DNA of 33,276 nt, from NCBI GenBank assembly GCA_003990765.1, contig RBNJ01000317.1, forward strand, positions 1 to 33,276, given 5' to 3'. Numbering within the stretch: position 1 is the stretch's first letter; the number at the start of each line of letters is the position of its first letter. Origin of the DNA: Jimgerdemannia flammicorona (lineage: Eukaryota). Position numbers and translations under genes: made by a program. The notes below the pieces were generated by a model, which saw only the letters and a list, made by a program, of their open reading frames with translations, was not told the origin of the DNA and did not search any database. Below, piece after piece: positions 1 to 10,700 of the stretch.

Positions 1-1347
1 AAAAAAAAAAAAAAAAAAATATATTATGAGTTTTATATAACTTAAATAGTAGTAGAGAGAGTTGTGTCTTATTTATTTATGTATCTATATGAACTTGTTA
101 TTTATCTTGTTACCTATATATATTTAAGCTATTTATATATAAATATATAAAAAATAATATTATATAACCAGAATATTTTTCTATAAATAAAATAACTACT
201 AATTTAATAATAAAGTATCTTTTAAAGATAAGTTTTAAATAATATTTTTAATTAATATATTTCTTATATTTTCTACATGTTATCTCATTGAGCAGAATGT
301 TGGCTTATTGAAATAAATAAATAAATAAAAAGAATGTTGCCTTATTTGTGGCTTATGTACAACGTCATCAATTACGTCTTTAATGTCTACGTCACTGGAA
401 ATCAGTTACGCGTAAAAGCGTGTTGTTTCCAATATCAATAAGTATTGCTCTTTGCAATTACGTTCTACAAATATATTACAATACCCGGCTCGTTCACGGT
501 CCTGTATAACTAGTGAGCCTACGTTCCCATGAACATTACTCCGTCTTCCCGTCACAGCTCGCTTTGACTCACTCAGGTTTCCCTATCCCAAGTAAAGAAC
601 ATCTGCGAAAAGCTTCCGTGCAATGATAATGTAATCAGCCCAATTAACATACGCAACGGCGGCATTACCCGCACTGAAAGCCTGTTGAGGGAAACAAAGG
701 TCAACATTGTGCAACATTTCAATGGTTAGAATATCCCCCATAATTTTGAGATAACGTCCGAAATGGCGGGTGTAAGTGTTAAGGTCGGGTTTTTGCGGAG
801 GCCTGCTATAATGATTGCTTTTGTGTCTCCATGAATAGATGGGTCATTTCCTTATACGGGGTGCGTGCGAAATTCACGTTCTGTTGTAATGGGTGCCAAA
901 CAATAGATTTTTCTTTATACCTGACGCAACTCCCGCGAAAATATTTAAGCTATGAGCCCATGCGAAATCAGTTCATATCTCGTCGTGGGTCTATACATAC
1001 CGAACTTCACATAATATCTTATTGACACGAACGACTGTGGATAGTCAGATGCCTTATGACTATGCTTACCGATATGTTGAGATACCATGAGCGCCTCGAT
1101 CCTGAGGAAGTAAACATTATACCCATGTGCATGTAACAAAGCAACGCCACTACGCCCACTCACTCAAATTGGGAAACACTTACTGCGGTCAAAATATGAC
1201 GTCTTGCGTAAACTTTGGCAAATATTGCGCAGCACAGGAGAGCAGCAAATTAATGGCAACCCACCAGGCTATAAATTATTATAGTATGAAATTGAAATAT
1301 CTATCACCCCAAACTTTCCCAAAGATCATTAACCGACCAATCTCATC

Positions 1348-2316
1348 ATGGCTAGCTACAACCAATTCATGGCCAGTTACGACGACCAATTGCAACAGAA
1401 ATGGACAGCCTTTATGACAACACTTAGGGCTCAACCAACCAAACCAACTCAAGCAACCCTGCTTGTAGAAATCGGCCGTTTTCTCGACGAGCACCTGGGG
1501 ATCGATCAGGCCATTTTCCTGCGCCGCCTGAACATTGTGACCGAGGTTCTTGCGAGTTCGCGCAAAATGGATCCCGCCATCGAATTGTACAGAAATAATG
1601 GCGCTCATTGCCTTGATTCCGAAGGACTTGCCTCATCCGCCGGGTTCGGAGGGAAGAAAAAAGGACGTGTAGATAACGCCACAATCAACACACCAGGAAC
1701 AATATTATCATTATTCCTCGGCATTCCCGACACAAGTTTCCTCTGGCAGTTTTTGTTTCGGAAATTCGACGAAGAGGACTATCTGCTTGCAACGCTTGAT
1801 TGTTGTATCGTCTTCCAAGGGATCTCTTACAGCCAGAAATGCGACCCCCAAGTATTCCGCAAGCATAGAATCCTCGCCGAGAGTTGGACAAAAGAATTCA
1901 TGAAGAACGACAAAAAACTCTTTGAGGAGCTAAACGAGAAAAAGAAATCATTTCAAGCGAAAAACGGGAATAAGCCGACCGGGTACAAGGACACGCCCAA
2001 TCATTTCCTCTGGCTCTTTCACGACAGATACAAAGTTCGTGATGACAACAGCCCACTCTCCCTCAGCTCACTCGCCTCATTGAAACCGGATCAGTGGCAG
2101 CAGTTGCTGAGTCCTCCGTTGAGTAGGATGAAAATTATGCTCGGGAATCCAGCATATAACGGCATCCATCACCTTTGGGATCAGGGTTTCCAGCAAGATG
2201 TGATGAGCAAATACGGGGCGGGAGAACCGGAAAAAATAATCTTCCAGGCTTTTATGTCGGATTTAGGTAGCACCACTAACACAATGCGCGAATTTTCAAC
2301 GTCCGCAACTCAATAG
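1348..2316 (+). CDS. Hypothetical protein, 322 aa, apparently single exon, no recognised domain
   Basis: Uninterrupted ATG-to-TAG ORF with protein-like composition in CpG-retaining sequence; TATAAAT at ~1270 upstream. Confidence 0.65.
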   Translation: MASYNQFMASYDDQLQQKWTAFMTTLRAQPTKPTQATLLVEIGRFLDEHLGIDQAIFLRRLNIVTEVLASSRKMDPAIELYRNNGAHCLDSEGLASSAGFGGKKKGRVDNATINTPGTILSLFLGIPDTSFLWQFLFRKFDEEDYLLATLDCCIVFQGISYSQKCDPQVFRKHRILAESWTKEFMKNDKKLFEELNEKKKSFQAKNGNKPTGYKDTPNHFLWLFHDRYKVRDDNSPLSLSSLASLKPDQWQQLLSPPLSRMKIMLGNPAYNGIHHLWDQGFQQDVMSKYGAGEPEKIIFQAFMSDLGSTTNTMREFSTSATQ

Positions 2317-3820
2317 TGCATAAGGCAACCTTTGTGTAATAGTGATATCAGAGTACGAAATTGTCCATTGGGCAAGGCCACATCACATATGTATAAATAT
2401 TTTAGGAGGGGATGCAATATAAGAGCAAAGTATTGAAATCAAATCCGGCTTCAATGATGACAGGAAATCAGCTGTTGTAAACAGAAACGCAAAGGTCGGT
2501 GTGAGGCGTCTGTTACTTCGCACTTCTGTGGTGTTCCACCAAAATTTTGTCGCTGGCCGAAAGTGTCGGATTTAATGCCGGCGAACTCCTCAAGTAAGGC
2601 GTCTTAGAGACACCGGTGGAGCCAGAAATGTGACCTGTGGATATGCGGATTCTTTTACCTCTATCTTTGCAAATGCACGTGCGTTCCAATTACCAAAAAC
2701 TGCGCAAATTGCCAACAACGAATACATACTATTTATGCAGGTTATTATCTGATTAGTGCTATAGCCTATGTAAGGATACGCATAAATCATTCGGCTTGCG
2801 TAGAGTGATTTCTAAGGACCCTTGTGCCATCATTCAATGTGGATTTCGCAATTTGATTAGGACACGTCGATTTTAAAACACTTTCCCTTAGAGCTTCGTG
2901 CAGAGCGTTGTGCATCATGATGTCATTATATTGTGATGTGTATTATGCTCTGTGCATTACCTTATGTCTTTCTTCGTTGTCATCTACAGATGTCAGATTT
3001 ATTATATATATATTACATAAATACTTTTGCTTTCGCTTTTACGTGACAATCTCTGCCCAACTTGTGCGATTGTATTGTCTACCCGCGAACGTAGGACCGA
3101 CTCCATTGCCGGAACGGATATTGCTCATTTAAGAACGGGTATGTATCAGCTGAGAGTCGCTGGAATTACCGTAAATGCAGCTAAATGGCCCTGTATGGCA
3201 TCCCTTCTCTTACCGTATCGTTTCCTGTTCTTGATTTCCAATCTCGAAATCTCTCTCGAGCTCGATGACGACTTGGACTTCATGGATCCTTCCTTCTCGC
3301 CACGACGATCTCCCTCCCCGACCACCTCTTCGTCTCCACCTCCTTCTACACACCCCGAACCCTGCTGATTCAACCACGGATGGTGCCATGTTTGCAAGTC
3401 TAGACCGCTTCCTCGAAGACAAGGACGCCGAGGCCTCAACCCCTCCCCTAGGCTCGCCGCTGGACATACTTGCTCCCACCACGGTTTTCCGTTCGAGTCC
3501 TGCCACAAACGGCACAACCGTTCCAGTCCCGCATCAAGATACATCATCGCACACACCTATCCGCATCCTCAACTTTCGAAAAGACAACCACAAACAAAAT
3601 GGCTACTGACATTGAGCCATTTCACGAACGAGGGCAGGTGCGCGGGAAGGTAAGAGGTGAGGGATCATGGGATAACCACAGAAGGAGGGAAGGCAGGATG
3701 GAAGAAAGAGCTGTGTTGTCATTAAGATTATATTTATATGGTTGATATTACTAGGATGAGGGATGGTGCAACCAACATGGGATCAGGGATGTTGTCAGCT
3801 GTTTTTGGTATATCTCTTCT

Positions 3821-3848
3821 TTTTCATTTTCATTTTCATTTTCATTTT
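3821..3848. repeat. (TTTTCA)n microsatellite
   Basis: ttttcattttcattttcattttcatttt seen directly. Confidence 0.8.
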
Positions 3849-6580
3849 ATTTGTTATTTGTTAGTTATTTTGTTGATGAATATAGGTGATGCTTTATTTC
3901 TCAGCACCATTAATAAAGGTTTTGCAGGAAACTACGTTTGGCTTCCTAGCTCCCTTATACCCATTACAAATAAAGCTTGTGTCTCATGTTGCTTTCCAGT
4001 GCAGTATTGCTATTGGCACCTTAGGTGGGTGACTTGGCTAGAATCGGTTGTATCCTTGATCTTGCTCAAACGGAGGTATAAGAGACCCTGACACTTCTTC
4101 TTCCGCTTTCAACACCATGAGCATGCTACTCCAGGTGCCATTCTCTTGCCGATGAATTTGGTGGTATGTTTGCTCCACTTATGCCTCATATGACAACTAT
4201 CACATCCCTCTTTTGCTGATGTCGGTAGTGGTTGGGGCACACCATTGGGCACAAGCAGAAGAGGCATTCGCATTCGATGAATAGTCTTACAGATAGTTGG
4301 TTGATAGGGCTGTCTTCAGCCGCTTTCTCCAATGTGTGCTTCAAAATTTGTGACCTGGACATTGTCGAAAAACTCATGGCTGCCAGAAAGCCTCATGCGT
4401 TTTACTGGTAGGTCGTCTTCTGGTACATATGTCGGTTACTCGAATTTGCTCGTGTGGGTAGGGGGTTGGATGAATTTCTGCGCTCAAGTTCTGCTCATCA
4501 GAATTTTTGTTAGCATTTGTCGGGTGGTGGCGCGGCCATCGTTTAAACGAATTTCCTTTTCGGGCCGATGCATGTTGGGTGGGGCTTCTTCAGGTCGGTG
4601 GTAGTCGCAGGCTGCTTGGTCCTTGTAAGGTATGGTTTCCTTGAGGTACTCTTTCCGTTAAGGTCTTCAGGTGCTTCCTGTTTCCCGAGTTTGACATCGG
4701 GTTTCCTTTTGACGATGTCAGGTCGCGCTTTCGTCTAGAATTGATATTGTCAACTTCCATTTATTCCTCCTTCTACAGTGGGGTGGGGTGGTTTGGTCTT
4801 CTTCTACCACGGTCGCTGGAATTTCCACCATGTAGGGGCTTTCCAACTGGTTTGATGTTGGCGTCTTCGTCACTGGTTCCTCCAGGGCTAACCCATTTGG
4901 TGACGCTTTCGACATTTATTACGTCGATACTTCCTGCGACTGTTCGTTGGTTGGGACAGGGGTGTCGTCCGTTCTTGTGGTCGCGCCGTTGGTGCGTGCA
5001 GCTCCTTCCTTTGCATGGCGAGCTTTTTGAGATGTTGGTCAGTCTTTTTGCCCTTCCTCGAAATACGGTGTTCTTCAAGTAGGTATGTTTGTTTATGACA
5101 TTCCTGGTCATGCGGGTAGTTCTTCACGTCTGTGCTTCCGAGCTCTGAAGAGCAATTTTACGTGAACTCGGCGACCCAAAATGGTTGTTGAAATGGAGAA
5201 GTACAGCGTCATCACCGTCATCGACTACGAACCAACGTTGAAACACAGCAATTGTGAGGCAAACCAGAACAGGAAAATAAGGCAACCACATATAATAAGA
5301 ACTGTTAGTGGCAAAGAACTACTCAAGCAACGGCAACGTGCCCAACGACAAGCACAAAAAAAAAAAAAAAATAAATAAAAAAGTTCGAGGACTATTACGG
5401 AACATTCTTCAGCGCCATCCTACGTGCTGCAAGCACTCCCCTTCAGCCTGATGTCGTAAAGGGACTTTGCGACGAACTCCAGTGGTACTTTGACTGGGAG
5501 CTTTAGAACCCAGCCGCTCAATGGGTGATCCGAAAAGAAACTAAGAATGAGATCCGATGGATCGTACGCCAAATGCGTGACGCACAAGCAAAGGCCAGCA
5601 ACCCTACCCCGGAGCCTGTACACCATTCAGGCAGAACCCCGAGACCGGAACGGCATGATATAGACAAAATTGAGCACCCCGACGGAAAACGCGTGAAGAG
5701 GGGGCGGTGCAACCAAGAATGGAACCTCAAACAAGACTATGGCTACCCTGTCGAACAGGTACAACTGTGATAATCAGAAAACCAGGACATCATTATCTGG
5801 AAATGGAGAATGCGATAACCTAGAGCGGAGCTCGATGTATGACCAAGGATCCCGCAGAAAGTAGGCAAAGCAACCAATAATGGGAACATGACGATCGGAA
5901 AAGTAATTACAATAGACCTGATTTGATGGATACCAACAGGATGATTAAGGCGACTACGAGCCGGAAGTGGAAGAATGAAGGATCCAGGTTGCCAAGGAGG
6001 AGCATCTCGCCGAAAACGACACTGCATTAAAGCTGCCCTTACAGAAACCGCACCTAATAAAAGAATCCAAAAGAAAGAAAAACATTGCCACGTCAAGACC
6101 GTGGCTAACAGGAGGCTGAAGAAAATACCGCCCCTAAGTTGCAAGCCAAGGCACTGCAGGCACTAATGAAAAGCACGAAGGAGATCCCTACCAATTGCAA
6201 GGCCGCCTGAGCAGAATTACAAAGTCATTGAAGAAACAGATTTGCCGGTTGTTCGGTATCGAGATTGGCGAAAAGTCCGGGGTGGGACACTGTTCGTGTT
6301 TGGAATGCAGTTACGGGTGGTGTGGGTGCGTTAATCATACGTTCTCCAGGTGCTCGTTGCTGGAGAGTGTTCTTTTGCAGTTTGGTCTTGATGGGTCGGC
6401 GCGTCTTTTACAGCGGTCTACGTTGATCTGAGATTCCCGTAGAATCCAACTCTAACTCGGTTCAAGGTTCTGCAGGCCACGTAGGAAGTGATTCGTCGAT
6501 CCTTTCCTCCTTGAGATGGTGGTCGGAAATTGTTCTTGTGTTAGTCAGGTGCACGAGTTCACTAATATGGCGGCCATCAG

Positions 6581-6896
6581 GGTCAAACCTATCAAATCGT
6601 TAAATTTGATATATATAAAAAATGGATCGACGACAAAAATTGAACCGAAACTTTACATCTATTTATGATGAACACATGCAATAAGCGGCTTTGCCAGTTT
6701 GCCGAAGTTTGAACTCTGTTCATAAATATATAGTGTCTATCCAATCTTCTCGATCCACGATTTAAATTTTTCGTCGATCCAATTTTTTTGATCAAAGTTT
6801 GTCGATCCAATTTTTTTGGTCCAATTTTTGACGTCGATCCATTTTTTTTTTTTTTGATCAAATTTCTTGTCGAACCACGATTTGATAGTTTTGAGC
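6581..6896. mobile_element. MITE-like non-autonomous element with 20-bp terminal inverted repeats
   Basis: ggtcaaacctatcaaatcgt (6581-6600) matches the reverse complement of 6877-6896 (gctcaaaactatcaaatcgt) at 18/20; internal repeats of gtcgatccaattttt, with one inverted copy near the left end. No clean TSD. Confidence 0.6.
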
Positions 6897-7058
6897 GCCA
6901 TACACAAAATCTTGTGAAACGTGTGGCAAAATGTCGTGCTTAACGGGATATTGATGCGGACCCCATAAAGGCGAATACTGTCACTTAAGCTATGTTCCGA
7001 ATAAGTATACTGATTAACTGCTAATGGGGAGGTTCGGCGGATTACATTTCTCTCAGTA

Positions 7059-7233
7059 TTTCCGTTTCTTTGTCCGTTGATTCCGTTTCTCTGTCCGTTG
7101 ATTCCGTTTCTCTATCCGTTGATTCCGTTTCTCTGTCCGTTGATTCCGTTTCTCTATCTGTTGATTCCGTTTCTCTGTCCGTTGATTCCGTTTCTCTATC
7201 CGTTGATTCGTTTCTCTGTTCGTCGATTCCGTT
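7059..7233. repeat. 21-bp minisatellite, ~8 copies (ttgattccgtttctctRtccg)
   Basis: Direct tandem repeat; produces the ESTDRET and LIPFLCP repeat ORFs in the track. Confidence 0.95.
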
Positions 7234-7732
7234 TGTCAGATAAGTGTGGCGTGGGTAGCCACAGTATTGACAACTTGTTTTGAAGTTATACAAAACACCT
7301 GACGGATCTCTCATGGATCTCTCAAGAATCTGCACGAATTCATGGTACTTCTAAAGCCTTCAGCTATTTTTATTATTAAATTTTTCACTGCTGTATTTAC
7401 CACGGCCAAGGTGGGTGCAATTCGACATACCAGAACGACGCAACACGCGACAGGATTTGCAAAATTTCTGTTATCCATAAAATTCTACGCTCCACCTTTG
7501 TCCTCCTTCGCATTAGCGCATACTTACGAGCATGCACCCTGTCTTCTGCAGATATTGTGGCATGTGCGACGCCAATAATGGTTTATTTGTTTAATCGTTA
7601 TTATTATTATGTCATCCACGTTTGGCGCAGTCGAGTCAAACTCAAATCTTTCAACACTGAAATCCTCAGGTCCAACGAAAGATTAATCTCTCTCCAATTC
7701 TTCCCCATTTGATTGAGAAAAGGCCACAATCG

Positions 7733-10700
7733 ATGCGTGCCGTTGCCCTCGTTACGGTCATAGCTGCCCTGAGCCTGATGGGCTTGTCCTTCGCCAAGGC
7801 GCAGACGACAACTCCTCGCCCTATCGACAACGTCGGTAATAACCCCGCCGACGTCTACGCCGGTAGTCCTAACCAGCAGCTCTTGCGCCTGGACGTCCCG
7901 AGCACCTACTTCGCCGACGCTTCGGGTGCCCTCTTCCCTGGCTCGCTTCCCCCTGCAACCGTTGGTACCGATAACACGACCTATCCCGCCTTTCAATGCA
8001 TCGGCCTATCGCAGGTGCCTCCCGCGCAGCCATACCCGCGTTGCGTGAGCGACCTTGTCAACGGGTACACAAACGCGCCCTTGGCACTGCAAATAATTGA
8101 CCCTGGGGTGTTGTCGGTGCGAAAAGTATCGCATTTCGAGAGCTTCTGGGCTCAATTATTGTCATATGACCTATTGGACGTCGCGGCGAATGCTGAGCAG
8201 GTCAACATCGGGATCCCCATAGACGATGTAGCGATCAACACGGGGCCGAGTGGTGTGTCAGCCGCAGTAATAACCAATTCGAACCATAGCATCGAGTTCC
8301 ACAGAGCGTCGTACGTTGTCGATCCAGCCACTCAGCAACCGAATCGTACTGGGATCAATTCCGCAACGGGTTTCTTGGACGCTTCGTTTATTTATGGTTC
8401 GTCGTCCCGTATTTATCAATGTGAGGTTGTTTTATCTTATGCATGTTTTTTTTAAGACTCAATTCTTATTCACGCTTCCTTTGCCAATTGGTTACTCCTT
8501 GTTTGCTCCGCACAGGTTCCACTGACGCAGTCCTCCAGACCCTCCACGATGGCCCAGGAACTCATGGCAAGATGAAGCTCGTAGCTCAGAGCATTCCGTT
8601 TGGTAGCACTGGCGAGCCAGGTCCTCTCCCGCCACTCAGTACGGATGGCCGCTTTCTTTTGGGCAACAATCCGCTGCGCTCCGCAAACATCTACTCAGAT
8701 GCAATGACTATTATCTTTCTGCGCGAGCACAACCGGCAGTGTGACCGTCTATACCTGCTTCATGGGACCACCTGGACGGACGATCAGTACTTCCAAGAGG
8801 CGCGCAAGTGGGTCATCGCGTTCGTTCAAAAGATTACAGCCACGGAATATCTTGGTGTTCTCCTTGGGCGACCATTGCCGCCGTACACAGGGTATAAGCA
8901 GGACGTCAAACCTGGTATTGACACCTTTTTCGCCATGGCATCATTCCGGTACGGACACTCAGTGTTGTCGAGCGAATACCGTATTGTCGACTCGGACGCG
9001 CAGCTCATAGAGTCGTTCAGCTTGAAAGGCATTTTGAACTCGTCATACCTGATTCGCAACAAGTACGACATCGTCACAATCCTGCGGTCGCTTAGTTTGC
9101 AAATCCAGGAGGAGGTGGACGTATATTACGCTGACATGGTGCGTAACTATGCCAGCGCGCTCAATATCACCTACGATACCGCCAGCTTCGACCATCTCCG
9201 CGCGCGCGATCAAGGTCTTCCACTCTACAATGACGCTCGTCAGGCGTTCGGACTCCCGCGCAAGAATTTGTTTGCCGACATTACCAGAGACACCAAGGTT
9301 CAGAACCGCCTGGCGCAAATATATCAGAGTGTAGACCAGGTGGAGTCGCTGGTGGGTGGTCTGGCGGAGGACCACGTGGCTGGGGCAAACGTCGGCGAAC
9401 TCTTTAACGCCAGCCTCTGGAAGCAATTCACTCGACTCCGTGATTCTGACCGGTTCTGGTACCAGAACACCGGCATGTTCACCGCGGCGGAGATGGACAT
9501 AATCCAGCACACCTCCCTCCACGATATCATTATCCGCAACCTCGCTGACCCTGCTACGGGCAATCTACAAGCCGTTTCGGCCATTCAAACCTACACTGCT
9601 AGTCTGAACGACACGTCCCAACCGAACCCGCTCTCCGCTCTCCTCCCGGGCAACCTCTGGTTCGTTTTCGCACAATCTCTCAAGAATCTCGGCAACGCGC
9701 CCTCCAGCTCCTTAGTGGACCCGAGGGCCTACCCCAACTATTACCAATTCACCTCGCAATATATGATACAATGGAACACCGACCAGTCCGCAAACCGAGT
9801 CGACATTGCTCTCACCCTCCAATCTCCTCAAGGGTGGTTCGGCATCGGGCTTAACCCTCTTGGTGCTCTCTCAATGGAAGGCGCAGATTTCATCATTGCT
9901 TCCGCGTCGCCGAAGAACGGAGTCAGGCTGAACCTGTATCGATCGCAAGGGAACGCGCAGGCGCCGGTGAACGACACGGGCGCGTACGCTCTGAGCAATG
10001 TGAACGCCACAATTGTGGGAGGAACGGCCGTTGTCATAACGTTCACGCGGGCGATGGACACGGGTGTAGCTGGAAAGGCGGTGTTTGGTAATTCAAAAAT
10101 GAACGTGATCTGGGCGTACAATCCTGAGGACTCGAACCCAACGTATCACGGCGGGAATCGTGGGGGAATACAGATCAATTTCTTATCGGGGATGATTGCA
10201 GATATAAATAATGAGTCGCAACGGATGATGCAGTTGGTGCATGGCGTGTTTATGTTTGCTGTTTGGGCGGTTTTGTTTCCAGTATCGATATACATTATGA
10301 GGTCGGTAGGACGATTAAAATATTTGCTTGTCCCATATGTATTATGTATGCTTTTTTTTTTTTTTTTTTTTGCAGACCATTTTTTCTCACACACATCATT
10401 CACACCGCGACTTCAAAACAGATTTTCTAAACACTGGGAGATGTATCTTACAATCCACCGCGTTCTCCAGCTCATCGGCGGTGTTTCCGTTACTGCTGTT
10501 GGCGCCGCAGCCTTCGCGGCCGTCAACCCATCTGACCACACCGTACATGCGATCATTGGTGTGATCCTGTATAGCCTCATTTTTGTGCAAATCAACATCG
10601 GCCTGATTTCGAACTACAGCATGCAGCGGGTCGAATCCGTAAACACCGGCCTTATCCTCGTCATCAAGAAGACCCACAAATATTTTGGTGTCACATTGCT

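Noticed and set aside
7059..7233. CRISPR-like array (also 21264-21450 and 15755-16145)
   Set aside because: Head-to-tail repeats without unique spacers, in a eukaryotic context with no cas genes.
7042..7335. ESTDRET-repeat ORF as a protein-coding gene
   Set aside because: Openness is explained by the 21-bp minisatellite; no other support.
8443..8515. ORF-track start MFFLRLNSYS... for the 1491-aa ORF
   Set aside because: Lies inside intron 1; the peroxidase N-terminus is encoded by the upstream exon.
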